DNA from: Octopus vulgaris
Taxonomy: Eukaryota
Reading direction: 5' to 3'
DNA: 64,000 bases
NCBI GenBank assembly: GCA_951406725.2
Contig: OX597815.1
Location: 68,944,001 to 69,008,000 of the forward strand
Shown: positions 37,064-50,869 of the stretch, one piece after another
Position numbering within the stretch: the stretch's first letter is position 1
How the letters are laid out: every line of letters starts with the position of its first letter
Notes under the pieces: generated by a model
The model's input: the letters and a program-made list of their open reading frames with translations, nothing else
Told to the model about the DNA's origin: nothing
Database searches by the model: none
Program-made: the position numbers and the translations under genes

Positions 37064-39622
37064 ACTGCTGTGGCCTGTTTGCCTTCTGAAAATTGAGACA
37101 GTGTGAGACTTTGTCATTTTGCCCTACATCAAGTGTGATCATTAGTTGTATTTGCTGTTCCTTGGTGTTGCTGGTGAGAAAGGTGACGGTAAATTTGGTG
37201 TTATTTTATGTCGGTTGCTGTGGTAAAGCCAAGTTTTTAGGGGATTTATGTAGCATTGGAATAGTCATGTGCAGTTGTGTCTAGAAGATAATGTGAGGAT
37301 GTGTGATGTCATCTGTGTATGAAAATGAATTTTAGATGTGTTGTAGACAGGCCTTGTATGTGTACAGTGAAAAGAGCAGGTTATTATTTAATGTCCATCT
37401 TCCATGTTGGCATGGGTTGGATGGTTTGACAGGTGCTGGTATGCCATAGATCTGCACCAGGCTCTATTGTCTGCTATGGCATGGTTTCTATGGCTAAATG
37501 CCCTTTCTAATGCCAACCACTTTAGAGAGTGTACTGGGTGCTTTTTTATGTGGCATCACACATACACATACACCAAGCACACACACACATACACCCAGAG
37601 CCTTGCATGACTAATAACCTGCTGTTGTTGTGGTACTATTTCTCTGTATATGTAGATATCATTGCTATTATGCAAAAGTGTTGTAAGTCCAAAATGTTGC
37701 TTTTTCAGAAAATGAAAAAATAGTTTCACCATTCCATTTCTTTTTACATTAGCAACAATTTCAGCTTAACAATAATACTTTGTTGGGTGCATAAAATCAT
37801 AACTCCATGCATGTATGATATTTTCAGTCAGAAATATCTTTGCAAACCTGTCGTATGTGGGGCTACTACACTTTTGAAAAATGCTAAACTGTTGTACTAC
37901 ACTTTGACAATTTTCGTCTGAAGCAGCTGCAGATACGATAGTTTGACCAAAAGAACCGGCTATTGCAAGCACATAAAAACCACCCATAATTTCTTTTGAA
38001 ATACACTACTTTTGTTTCAATTGATTCTGAAAACAACAATTTAATAAAATAATTTTATCCTTATTAAGCTGGTGTTTGGAGCATAAATTAACATTGAATT
38101 TTGATGAGAAGTTCTAACTGAGATCACTTTAAAGCATGAAGCTTATATCATAAAATCAAGGGAGATCTCAAGCAGGTTGGTATCAAAAGGGTCAAACTTG
38201 TCTGACAGCCACGATTAAACTTGTAACCACACACAGCTCACAGGACTTACTGAATAGCATGCCTAATGATAAATTATCCTGAACTTTTTTAGTAGTGTGG
38301 CCTGCTTGATGATGAGCCATGTTTCATGTAGCCCATTTCTTGAAAAAGGTTTGCCCATACCTGTTGTGACCTATTATTGTAACCCTTAGTTCCACTGAAG
38401 GATGAAATGCTTCTGTAGGAGTTCAAACCCTTAATCCTGGAACTAGTAGCTTAATAGCTTTTATACTCGACCATAGCATCTTTGAATATCAAACAGAAAT
38501 AAATAATAAATAGAAAGGGAAATGCATGTGTGTGTGTGTGTGTGTGTGCATGCGTGTATGTGTGTGTATGTATGGGAGAGAGAAAGAGATGTTTTCTCTG
38601 GTTCTGTTTGGTTCTAGAAATTTCTATAAGTAGATAGAAGACTTAGGAAATCAATTGAGGGGGGGGGGGCTAACGTCGAGAGCAAGGCAATTTATAGGCT
38701 AATTGATTTAGCTGAGAAACATGTTGATGTTGTTCTTGTAGTTATTGTATTGCCTTTTCAATATTAATGGGAGATCTAGCTTCATCAATGAATTATTAGT
38801 TGGGAGATCAAGATAAATAGCTATAGGCATCATTTTGGCAGTTTAATGCATATGCATACACACACATGTATGTATGTATGTATGAATGTATGTATATATA
38901 TATATATATGTGTATATATATGTATGTATGTATATATATATATATATGTATGTATGTATGTATATATATGTATGTATGTATGTATGTATATATATATGTA
39001 TGAATGAGTAGTTGTAAGTGTTTGTACATGAGAAAGAGAAAGAGAGGTGGGCTGACCTTTGGCCTTGTGGTGTTTATGTGTGTCTGTGTAGTGCTTTGGT
39101 GAAATTGGAGGAAGTGATGGAAGAAACAGATCAAAACTGACTGGCAACTTAATATGCAGTATTGCTGCCATTAACCATTATGCAAATGAAGCAAAGGTGT
39201 AAAAGGTTAAAAACAAATAACAAAAAAAAAGAACCTTAAAAAAAGAAGTAAATGAATAACCAGCAAAATAAAATGTCCGCTTTTAAGTATTTATTTGTAT
39301 ATGTGAATAATAATAACAACAACAACAACTTCAAGTTTTGCCACAATGGTAGCAATTTTGGGGGAGAGGATGAGTCGATTACATCAACCTCAGTGTTTAA
39401 CTGGTACTTATTTTATCGACCCCCAAAAGAATGAAAGATAAAGTTGACCTAGGTGGAGTTTGAACTCAGAATGTACCAATGGCTGAAATACTGGTAAGCA
39501 TTTTGCCCAGTGTGCTAATGATTATTGTCTACCAAAGTAGACAATGGATCTTGGAGCGCTCTCTAACTTGCCAGCTCCTGTCAAACTATCCAATCCAAGC
39601 CATCATTGAAAATGGATGTTAA

Positions 39623-39808
39623 ATGATGATGATGATGATCATCATCATCATCATCACCATTATTATCATCGCTACCAGCATCTTCAACTGCTGCTGCTGC
39701 TGCTGCTGCTGCTGCTACTACTACTACTACTACTACTACTGCTACTGCTGCTGCTGCTGCTACTGCCGCCACTGCCGCCGCCGCCACCACCACCACCACC
39801 ACCACTAC
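39623..39808. repeat. Compound trinucleotide tract (GAT/CAT/TGC/TAC/GCC/CAC)
   Basis: Directly visible; grows out of an RTE-type (GAT)n tail. A similar tract lies at 55383-55527. Confidence 0.9.
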
Positions 39809-40542
39809 ATCTTCTTAAGCAGCAAGGGGAGCTTTCACATGTGTTGTGCAACTGCTGGGTTTTGCATCCCTACCTTCCTTAGCATGCATCTTTTTGTGTC
39901 TGATGTGCATCACATTGTGTGACAGTTTATTAAGCGTATATATAAGAGGGTGAGGTAGTGAGGGTCGGAGCAAGCTCTTCACAAACTTATTCCTCTTTGG
40001 AACAGATTCTGTGTAAATAAAGTCAGGTGCAAGTACAACAGGTAAAGGATGTTGCTGGATGTTCATAGTCTGGGTTACACACCTGTATGACTGTTATTGA
40101 AGGCTCACATGTTATTCACAATGGGAGAGTCGATCCTAATGATATATATGTATGCATCAGGCGTGGCTGTGTGGTAAGAAACTTGCTTCCCAACAACATG
40201 GTTTTGGGTTCAGTCCCACTGAATGACGCCTTGGGCAAGTGTCTTCTACTGTAGCCTCAAGCTGACCAGAACATTGTGAGTGGATTTAGAAGACGGAAAC
40301 TGAAAGAAGCTCATTGTGTGTGTGTGTATGTATGTATGTATATATATTTATGTGTGTATCTTTGTGTCTATGTTTGTCCTCCTGCTATTGCTTGACAACC
40401 GATGATGGTGTGTTTACATCCTTGTAACTAAAAAACCTTTTAAGGCAGTGCTTCAGCATGACCACAGTCAAATGACTGAAACAAGTAAAAGAATAAAATA
40501 ATGTATATATATGTATGTATGCATGCATACATATATCTATAT

Positions 40543-40589
<47 letters not shown>

Positions 40590-40592
<3 letters not shown>

Positions 40593-41590
40593 TAAGGTAG
40601 ACTGTATGATGCCTGTGTGCAAACAGCAATCTACATGCCAGTGAAACATAGGCTGTGACTGCTAAGGACATGTGTAGGCTTGAAAGAAATGAAGCTTGTA
40701 TGCTCTGCTGGAAATGTCATGTCAGTGTGCATACATAACGGAGAGTAAGTGCCCTGAAAGGGAAGTTGGACATAAGAAGCATCAGATGTGGTGTGCCAGA
40801 GAGATTACTGCATTAATATGGTCATGTGTTGCATATGGATGAGGTCATCTGTGTGAAGAAGTGTCACACCCTAACAGTGGAGGGAACCTGTGGAAGAGGT
40901 AAACTTAAGAAGACATGGGATGAAGTGATGAAGCACAACTTTTGAATGTTGGGACTCACAGAGGCAATGACAAGGGACCAAGACCTTTGGAGATAGGCTG
41001 TGCTTGAGAAGACCATCAAGCCAAGTGAGATCATAGCCGTGGTTGATGCCAGTGTTGCATAATTGGCCTGTTTAAAAGTACCCCTTCAATCATATGCTTG
41101 AAAAGACCTGTTGAGTCAAGTGAAATCATAGTTATGGTTGATGCCAGTACCGGCTGACTGGCACTTGTGCTGGTGTAAAAAGCACCATTCGAGCATTGCT
41201 CTGCCTGACTGGCTCCTGTGCTGGTGGTATGTAAAAAGCACTATTTGAGCATGGCTGATACCAGTGCTGCCTGACTGGTACCCATGCAGTGTGGTTGATG
41301 CCAGTTCCACCTGACTGGCTCCCGTGCTGGTGGTATGTAAAAAGCACTATTTGAGCATGGCTGATACCAGTGCTGCCTGACTGGTACCCATGCAGTGTGG
41401 TTGATGCCAGTTCCACCTGACTGGCTCCCGTGCTGGTGTGGATGTAAAAAACATCCACTACCCTCTCTGAGTGGTTGGCGTTAGGAAAGGCATCCAGCTG
41501 TAGAAACCTTGCCAGATCAGATTGGAACATGGTGCATCCTCCTGGCTTGTCACTCCAACCCAATGCCATCCAACTGTCCAATCTATGCCT
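40590..41590 (+). mobile_element. RTE-clade LINE 3' fragment (ORF C-terminus plus 3' UTR)
   Basis: Decayed peptide LYDACVQTA..SET*AVTAKDMCRLERNEACML..GRGKLKKTWDEV. The 3' UTR has a 106-bp tandem duplication (about 41205-41438) and the GGCGTTAGGAAAGGCATCCAGCTGTAG terminus. Confidence 0.85.
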
Positions 41591-41695
41591 GAAACTTGAT
41601 ATGCCAATTGAATGCCAGCTAGCTGTATGTGATTGGTTGGAGATTTGGACAGTACTCGCGTGTATGTGTGCACGCACGCAGCTGTATATGCATGC

Positions 41696-41736
41696 ACTAG
41701 TACTATGACCCGGCAACACCGGGTCATAGTGCTAGT
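41696..41736. repeat. 18-bp-stem hairpin at a Helitron-like 3' end
   Basis: ACTAGTACTATGACCCGG-CAACA-CCGGGTCATAGTGCTAGT; CTAG on both arms. Confidence 0.8.
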
Positions 41737-42414
41737 ATTCTTTATTTCAAATCACTACAGTTGTTTCCACTTACACCCATCATGCATTAGTGCAATGATA
41801 TAATTACTATATTGTGTAATCAATATCATCTATCAAAGGTTTTGCAGATAACTGAGAACAAGCTTTGCATAACATACTACAAGATTTTTATCGAAATTGT
41901 ATTCAGTTACACTCACACACGCATGCTGCATGCACACACATACACACAAACAGGTGTGAGAGAGAGTGTGTGTGTGTGTGCATGTGTTTTTGTGTGTAAC
42001 CTTGTCTTGACATCACGTGATCACTGTCATACAGGTGATGTTGTTTCTTTCCACTCCTCAGTGGGAAACATGTCTGGTCATAGAAAATATTATCTTGCTT
42101 GGAAGCAGTTGAGGGTTGGCAACAGGAAGGACATCAAGTTGTAGAAAATCTACCTCAACAAATTCTATCTGACCCATGCAAGAATAGAGATACAGACGTT
42201 GAAACAATGATGTTGATGAATACAGTGTGGTTTGTAGTATCTATCGGCATGGATACTATGAACCACACTGTAATCATCCCTGGAATACAAACTATGATCC
42301 TAAGAAACATGATTTGTAGAAATGCACATAGTGATGCATTAAAATATTTATAAATTCCATTCATGGATTATTATTATCATTACTATATTTATCCTCTCCC
42401 AAACAGTTGAAGGT

Positions 42415-43223
42415 ATCAGGGGGAAGAGGTAGACCCAGGAAGACATGACCTCAGAGCGTTGGGCCTCACTGAAGCAATGGCGAAGGACCGAGATCTCTGG
42501 AGATATGCTGTGACTGCAAAGACCCGGGCTGCTTCCTGCACCAGTTCCACGGGCTGCTTCCTGCACCAGTTCCACATAGCCCCTGCCCATTCAAAGTACC
42601 CTGGATTCCAGAACATCCCACTGTGCTTGAGGAGACCTGTTGAGTCAAGTACATGAACATGAACAGCGAAATAATTATCAATAGAAATAGTAGTTGTGAT
42701 ACCTGTGCTGGTGGCACATAAAAAGCACCATCCGAATGTGGCCATTGCCAGCGCCGCCTCGACTGGCTTCTGTGCCGGTAGCACATAAAAAGCACCATCT
42801 GAACGTGGCCGATGCCAGTGCTGCCTCGACTGACTTCTGTGCCGGTGGCACATAAAAAGCACCATCCGAACGTGGCCGATGCCAGCGCTGCCTCGACTGA
42901 CTCCAGTGCCAGTGGCACATAAAAAGTACCATCCGAACGTGGCCTTTGCCAGCGCTGCCTTGGCTGGCTTCCGTGCCAGTGGCACGTTAAAAGCTCCAAC
43001 CGATCGTGGCCGATGCCGGACCCCCCTGTCACCTGTGCAGGTGGCACGTAAAAAGCACCCACTACACTTGTGGAGTGGTTGGCGTTAGGAAGGGCATCCA
43101 GCTGTAGAAACTCTGCCAGATCAGACTGGAGCCTGGTGCAGCCCCTGGCTTCTCAGACCCCGGTCGAACCGTCCAACCCGTGCTACGCGGAAAACGGACG
43201 TTAAACGATGATGATGATGATGA
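42415..43223 (+). mobile_element. RTE-clade LINE 3' end, young, with a 67-bp minisatellite in the 3' UTR
   Basis: GRGRPRKT...GLTEAMAKDRDLWRYAV. Units start at 42705, 42772, 42839, 42906, 42973 and 43035. Ends AAACGGACGTTAAAC(GAT)n. Confidence 0.9.
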
Positions 43224-44295
43224 TCCTACATTATATCAGCATGGCTTGGTACAACCCTATAAAACTGCTATAGCCAGTTGGTATCGTTATTCCTGTAGCT
43301 ATCATAATAAAATATGGGCTTTTATATGTATATTCAAAAACATTTCCTGTAAATGAACTTATATATATATTTATGTATATAGATATAATATGTTGGCACC
43401 CAAGGTTTTCTACTTGCAGAAAAGCTTGAAAAAAATCTATTGCAGTCATTCAACCAATAATATTTGGTTGTCAAATTTTGTCAGCTGATTGAACGAGTCA
43501 AAATTTTTTTCTGTTAGTAAGAAACCTCAGGTACCAATATGTCATCCTGACAGTATCTTACTTAATAAATTATTTAACTCTTTTCTCTGTTATTGGAATA
43601 TCTTTCTTCTATTTGTTACCACTAATGTGTGTGTGTGTATACATATATATATACACACACATATACACACACAAAGTGTGGGGATAAATAAAAGGAATAT
43701 ATAGTAGCAAAAATAAATATGTAGTTTGAAAGAAAAATGAATAAATATTGTATGAAACAGAAAGATATGAATAAAAGGAGAAAACATGAAAAACTAAAAA
43801 TTGTGAATATTATTGTTTGATTTTGTTTTTTTTTTGCATTTGTCCTCAAGTTTGAGTGAAGTGAGAAATGATAAAATTTGAAAAAATAAATGTTAGTGAA
43901 AGAGTAAATAAATTAAGAGAAATAATTTAAATAAAGAAAATAAATATAAAGTTTGAAATGCATTAAATATTGAAAATAAAATACACAAAATGCAAACATT
44001 TTTATTTCATTTTATTTTATTTTATTTTGAATTATTTTATTACAAAAGAAGTGAGAAGACAGGGCAGGCTAAATGTATGTTTGTGTGGCAATGGTTGAGA
44101 GATAGAGAGAGAGCAAACAAGAGTGGGGGGGGGGGAGAGAATGAGAGAAGGGGAGAGAAAGAGAGAGGGAGAGTTTTGTGTGAGTATTCCAAGATGAGGG
44201 GAATGAGAAATTTTGGGAGAAAAACAAATTTGGAAAAAAATATAAAAGAGGTGAAAATAAGAGAGGTTAAGAGAGTACAATGTTTTAATGACATG

Positions 44296-44345
<50 letters not shown>

Positions 44346-45057
44346 AAGGGAAATTGTATTAGGAAAGACAGATAGAGAAATAAATATGATGGGAAAATGT
44401 GTGGGAATATATATTTTTACCCTTATGTATCCTGTCCCTTAATTTCCTATTTTCTTCTCTTTCACCTGTTTTCATTTTAAAAGGATAGCAGATGAAAGAG
44501 AAAGAGGGAGATGAAGGAGACTCTGTACAAAGAGAAAATGGAAAGAATTTGGGGAAGAGACACATAGAAACAATAAAGAGGGAATAGGAGAGAAAGTATG
44601 TAGATGAGAAATATAGAAATGAGAAGGAGAGAGAGAGAGAGAAGTAAGAGCAAAGTAAGAAGAAAATAGAGAGAAAGAACAGTGAGTAAAAGTTGGAGAA
44701 AGGTGTTGGAAAAATAAGAGAGAGAAAGAGAGAGAGAGAGAGAGTGAGTAAGGGTGTTAGTGAAGAGGAAGAATGAAGAGTTGATTGGGTAGTTAAGAGA
44801 GAAAAGGGAGAGCCTTAAGGTGAAGGAAGAGTAAAAGATATAGGTAACTGGGGAGACAGGAGCATATAAAACCAAGAGATGAGAGAATAAGAGAGAAATA
44901 AAGGAGGAGGGAATATGTGGAGGCTTATGAATGATAAAGAGAGTAAGGGAGGGTGGAAAGATGTGAGCTTGAGAGAGAAAGGGAGAAGGGGAGGAGGAGA
45001 GTGTTGCATTTGAATTACAGGTCGATCAGGAACAATATGAAGAGGAGCAGGCTGAAG

Positions 45058-45110
<53 letters not shown>

Positions 45111-45541
45111 AGTGGGGAGAGAGTATATCAAGCTGAGAAGTGGTGTTGATATGGTAGTGATGGGAGTGGGTTTTTTTTTTTCTCATGAAAAAAACTTTCT
45201 TCTTTTGGTTATCTTATTTGTTTTGGTGTTTTTGTTGTATTCCTTCTTCAGAAATATATTTTATAGCAGCTGTGAGAATACAGTTGGAATGTGTGTGTGA
45301 ATGGTTAAGAAGTTTGTTTTGTAATAAAGAGGTCTCAAGTTCAATCTCACTACATGGCATCTTGACAAAAGGTCTTTTGTCTTGCTTCAGGTTGACCCAC
45401 ATTTTGAGAAGCAGAAGACCATTGTACATTCATACACACACACATATATCATCATCATTTAATGTTTGCCTTCCAAGATGGCATGGGTTGGTCAGATTTC
45501 CAATCTTGTGTGAAAGCATATAGGGCCATCTATAAATATTG

Positions 45542-45750
45542 ATTTCAAATTTTGGCATCAGGCTAGCAATTTCGAGGGAGGGGTAAGTTGATTACATTGA
45601 TCCCAGTACTCAGCTGATTCTTATTTTATCAACCCCAAAAGGATGAAAGGCAAAGTTGGCCTCAGTGAAATTTGAATTCGGAATGTTAAAACATGAAATA
45701 CTGCTCAGCATTTTGCCCAGGGTTCTAACAATTCTGCCAGCTTGCCACCT
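45542..45750 (-). mobile_element. SINE family B with a 21-bp target-site duplication
   Basis: TSD TAGGGCCATCTATAAATATTG at 45521-45541 and 45751-45771. Core GCCTTTCATCCTTTTGGGGTTGATAAAATAAG on the minus strand. Confidence 0.85.
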
Positions 45751-46698
45751 TAGGGCCATCTATAAATATTGCCTTGCTTGGAAACAAGTGAGCTTTGGCA
45801 ACAGGAAGTGCATCTTGTCATAGAAAACGTACTTTAATGAATTTTGTCTGACCCATGCAAGTATGGAAAAGTACATTACAATGATGATGATGTGTATGTG
45901 TGTGTGTGTGCGTGTGCTTCATGCCTTGTCTCACCCTATTATTGCCATCTGCTACCCCCCCCCCCCCGACCTGAGTGTTCCACCCACATGTAACAAGAAA
46001 ACTTCTCCCTCACCTTACCCCAACAAACCAATGTACATCTCTTTCTTGCATTTCCTCTTTCATTCACTATGCCTAGCTCTCACTCCCTAATCCTGTCCTC
46101 ACACCCCTGTTCCTCTATATCATTGCTATCTGGTACCCCTCCAACTCTGTATATCCAGGTCTTTTGCCACTTACTTGCACTCTTTAATCACACTCCCTTC
46201 ACAGTATCTTGTCACTTATATTATGGCATTTGAACCCCAGGTGTATGCCCTGACACTTGCCACTATCTATCTATATCCTTTTCTTCCTTTACTCAACCAT
46301 CTCTTTTATACTCTGATCCCTATTCCTTGTGAGCATGCCCAGCATTTTGCCACCATCACACACACACACACAAAGGCATATATGTATGGCATTAGGAAGG
46401 GCATCCAGCTGTAGAAACATTGCCAGATCAGATTGGAGCCTGGTGCAGCTGCTGGCTTTCCAGACCTCATTCAAACTGTCCAACCCATGCCAGCATGGAA
46501 AACGGATGTATTTGTGTTGCAGGTTTTTGTTGTTATTGCTGCTTTCCGGCTTTTTTTCTCAAAAAATCCATGAGACCACATCTTATAATTTTATAATATG
46601 TAAATCAATTGGAAAATTAATTTCGCATTACGAAGTTTTGCATTACGTTAAGGTTTTCAGGAATATATCACTTCCATAATGCAAAGGATATTTTAATT

Positions 46699-46736
<38 letters not shown>

Positions 46737-46903
46737 TTTGTGTATTTCTGCATGGATGTGTGTATGTACATATAACTGTATGTAAATATATGTCTACATA
46801 TATGTGTGCATGTATACACACACACACATACACATACATACATGTATGTACGTAGTATTCCAGAGGGTGACAAGTTCAAAAAGAAGCTATGTCTGCCCAC
46901 AAT

Positions 46904-46941
<38 letters not shown>

Positions 46942-47639
46942 GCAGACATACATTCATACTTACCAGTGTGTGTGTCTGTTTGTATATATGCTTAGCATTG
47001 ATTTCTATTTGGCTTTGCACCCAGACAGATATGGGTATGTGTAAATACTTGCTACTATGTGCATATATATATACATAATTCTTATATATGTGTATGCCTA
47101 TATATATGCACATACATGAACTTTTTATCAGTTGGTGATCTCAGTGTAAAGGTTACAGTGTGCAATTGTAAGCTTCCTTATACATACATATATTCATAGC
47201 TGTACTGCTAATATATATATCTATGCACTTCATTGAATGCATAAGTTTCTCTCCTTCAAGATTCTTGAGATTTGAGGTTTTGCAATAGATTAGAAAACAG
47301 CAGCTTGTTGTCTAATATATTGACTGTTGCTGCATTATATAGTGCATTGCTAATGCACTCAATTTGCGCTCTTTGTCATTTGGTGCATTTTCTTGTCTTT
47401 TACAACTGCTGCTACATTTTATTGTTCAGTTTTCTGTCTTTTTAATTTTTATTTTGTGTACAGCACGTGTACATCTTGCTGTCATTGTTATCTTTCTTTA
47501 CTCAACTTATATGCCTGCTTTATGTCCCTTCTTTTAACCTTTTCCAATGGGATGTGGTGCACCTAAGCTCATGCATACAATAAACTCACCATCATCATTA
47601 TTGTTGATGTTATTATTATTATTTTTATTATTATTATTA

Positions 47640-48255
47640 AGATGGTGTGTTGGCAGAATTTTTGTGCATCAGGCAAAATGCTTGGCAGCATTTTGTCCAT
47701 CTTTATGTTCTGAGTTCAAATTCCACTGAGGTCGACTTTACATTTCATCCTTTTAGAGTCGATAAATTAAGTGCCAGTGAAACACTTGGAGCATTGTAAT
47801 CAACTTGCCCTGCCCCCAAAATGTCAGAATTATTAATGCACTGGACAAACTGCTGAGTGGCATTTCGTCTATCATTATGTTCTGAGTTCAAATTCTATCA
47901 AGGTGGACTTTGCTATTTATCCTTTCAGGGTCAATAAAATAAGCACCAGTTGAACACTGTGGTCGATGTAATCGACTTACCCCTCCCCCTTAGTTGCTGG
48001 ATTTGTGCCAATATTTGAAATTATTATTATTTTTATTTCAGTTCAAATTCTGTCAAGGTTAACTTTGCCTTACATCCTTTCAGGGGTTGATAAAATAAGG
48101 ACCAGTTAAGCACTGGGGTTGACGTAATCAACTTACCCACTCCTCTGAAAATGCTGGCCTTGTGCCAAAATTTGAAGCCATCATCATCATCATCATTATT
48201 ATTATTAGGTGGTGAGCTAGCAGAATCGTTAGCATGCCGGGCAAAATGTTTAGCC
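47640..48255. mobile_element. Cluster of SINE family B copies (two +, one -)
   Basis: Shared core CTGAGTTCAAATTC...TTTCATCCTTT...GATAAA..AAGTACCAG (MetaSINE-like domain, from recollection), inserted in (ATT)n. Confidence 0.8.
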
Positions 48256-50869
48256 ATCATTGCAGCTGCTGCCTCTGTCTCTGGTTTGAGGATAACTTTC
48301 TCCCTCCTGAGTTCAAACCTACTGTAGCTGTTCCATAGTTGATTTCCGCAAACATCACCACCACCACAGTCCTCTGACCTGTTGGATTTTGTCAAACCAT
48401 CTAATCCATGCCAATATGGGAAACGAATGTTAAAAATGATGATGATGGTATATCGGTTTCTTTGGCAAGTGTCTTCTACTATAGCTTGGGCTAACCAGTG
48501 AATTGAGTAGATGAAATCTATAAAGAACCCTGTCACACACACACACAAATACACACATTGAACCCATTGAGCTGTTTGTGTCTGAAGGAGTAGGGGTATA
48601 ATTACTTTGCTCGGAAAGAAGTGAGGGTTGGTAACAAGAAGAGCATCCAGATGTAGAAAATTTGCCTCAACAAATTCTGTTCGACCCTTGCAAGTATGGA
48701 AAAGTGGATGTTAGAATGATGATAATGATGATGATGATTGTGATGCAATCAAAGCTCCTTCCAACCCAGTGCCATGTTTCCAAAATGGAATATAAATCAT
48801 TGAAAAACTTTTTCACTTCCTGATTAGTGTTTTGTCTTTTCAATTAATTTTTAATTCAACATCTTACATTTTTTTTTGTTTAGATTTTAAATTTTTAATT
48901 AAAAATAAAAATATAAACACTAACCTGTTCTTTTGTTCATATCCCAAACCCTTCCTCTCCCCTCCATCCTGCCTTTTCCATTTTTCATTAGTTCTCTTCC
49001 TTTTTTTGCTTCCTCTTCTTCTCAGGTCTTCTTAGTTATTCATTCTTCCCTATTTTTTTCTCTTTCCTTTCATCACTCTCTCTCTCTCACTTCTATTGCT
49101 TTACTTGTTTTCCATTTTCTAAATTCTTTTTTCTTGTTTGTTCATTTATTATTTTTTTGTTGTTCATTTAAAAATATTTGTTTTTACACTTACCTTTTTG
49201 TGATCTTTCCTGCTTTTATTCTTTTCATATTTTCCACTCATCTTCATTGTTTTCTTCTTCCACCTCTACACTTTACATTTCCATCATTACAGTCAGTTCT
49301 ACCGATTAGTTAACATTCATTTCTTTATCTCTTTTTAATTCAATTTCATCATGTTCTTTATTTTACCATTTTTATTCTATATAACTAACACAAATACACA
49401 TATTCTATCAATGGCAGTAAGGTCATAAGCTCCAGTTCCCATACACAAAGTATAGTCTAAGTAAGGATGTCTAAAACCAAGTTCCATAGAACCCATGAGA
49501 TCCATGAAAAAACTCTGGGGTTCATCAGAAAAGGGTAAAAGAAGGGACAGAAAGTAGGTATATAAGTTAAGTAAAGAAAGTAGCAATGAAAGCTAGAAGT
49601 ACATGCAGTATACACAGAATAAAACATAAAAAAAGGGAAGAGTGGCCTATAAAAGAGCCATAAAGAGGAAAGATTGCATAGGTACACCAGGGGTAATATT
49701 GATTTCAGATTTTGGCACAAGGCCACCAATTTCAGGGGAAGGGCCAAGTCAATTAAACTGAGTCCAGTGCTCAACTGGTACTTATTTTAATGACCTCAGC
49801 AGAATTTGAACTCAGAACATAAAGACAGACAAAATGCCACAAAGCATTTTGCCTGGCATGCTAACGATTCTGCCAAGTAAATTTTGAAAAACATGTGGGT
49901 CTGTCTGTGTCGTTTTTGATATTTAGCTGCAGAGCAGCCTGGATAGAACAAATTTATAATCAAATGCATTTCAGTTGTGGCCATCCTGTTTAATTTTTTT
50001 TGCAAGATGTGGACCACCTTATCCAATTTGTCCTTCTTTGTTTCAGAAAGAGGGAGATTCAGCTTTATTTTTAGCAAGTTAAATAACCACATTGAAGATT
50101 CCACATTGGCTTGTTTGTCTGTGTTTGTTTAGCCTTCTCTTATGTGTTTGTGTGTGTGTGTGTGCATGTTCTTTTGTTTGTGGTTGTGAATGTGTATGTG
50201 TGTTTGCTTTTGCATTTTTTTGTATGTATGTGTATGTACTTTATGCATATGTTCTTTTATGATTGTGTCTGTTCTTGCATTTGTGTGTGTTTATTTGGGT
50301 GTCCTTTGTTTGTATATAGGTGTTTGTGTACATTTGTGTATATTCATGTACATGTGTGTTTGTGTATATTCTTATGTGTGTGTGTGTGTGTGTGTGTTAT
50401 TTTCTTTACTGCTCTCTGACCTGTTCTCAACAGTGGTATGATTATTATCCCCTTTGGAAACTGATGACCAACAGGAAATCCACAGACAGTTTCATCGATT
50501 CCTTTGCTCTTTAAAAACTGAACTTATTGATAACTTCCTCATAGTTTCTTTGGTGCAAGCATCTTGTTTTTCTTCTCGTTTATTGATAAAAAAAGGCCAT
50601 TCCAAAAATACAACCATATTCAGGGGGGAGAGGAGTGTTCTTTCATAAAATGGAAAATTATATGTTGGTGGCACAAAATGTTTACATGTGTCTGTTGTAA
50701 CTGTTTTTGATATCGGTTATTGATAAAAAGATGACATTCACAAATTATTGATTGATTTCTAATTTAAGCATGAGTTCACAGATTACTAGATAAGTAGTGT
50801 AGTCAGTTGAAAAGACCACAATGTATTACTTGTATTAGGGTTGGTCCCAGGATATTCACCAACCTAATC

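Noticed and set aside
37766-37987. 73-aa minus-strand ORF of ordinary composition
   Set aside because: Not recognisable and adjacent to a MITE remnant; cannot be supported as an exon.
39581-39922. Poly-A/L/C/H/P ORFs (also at 55203-55673)
   Set aside because: Trinucleotide expansions seeded from RTE (GAT)n tails; no splice context.
42700-43060. CRISPR-like regular repeat
   Set aside because: The 'spacers' are homologous to each other, the array lies in an RTE 3' UTR in a eukaryotic context, and there are no cas genes.
44040-45125. Long purine-rich tract (also 60130-60470 and pyrimidine-rich 48940-49380)
   Set aside because: Decayed (GA)n low-complexity sequence; the hydrophobic ORFs on the opposite strand are compositional artefacts.
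50456-50493. GAAA-CTGATGA...GAAA...TTTC hammerhead candidate
   Set aside because: Stem II is only 1 bp, and there is no UH cleavage site or stem III.
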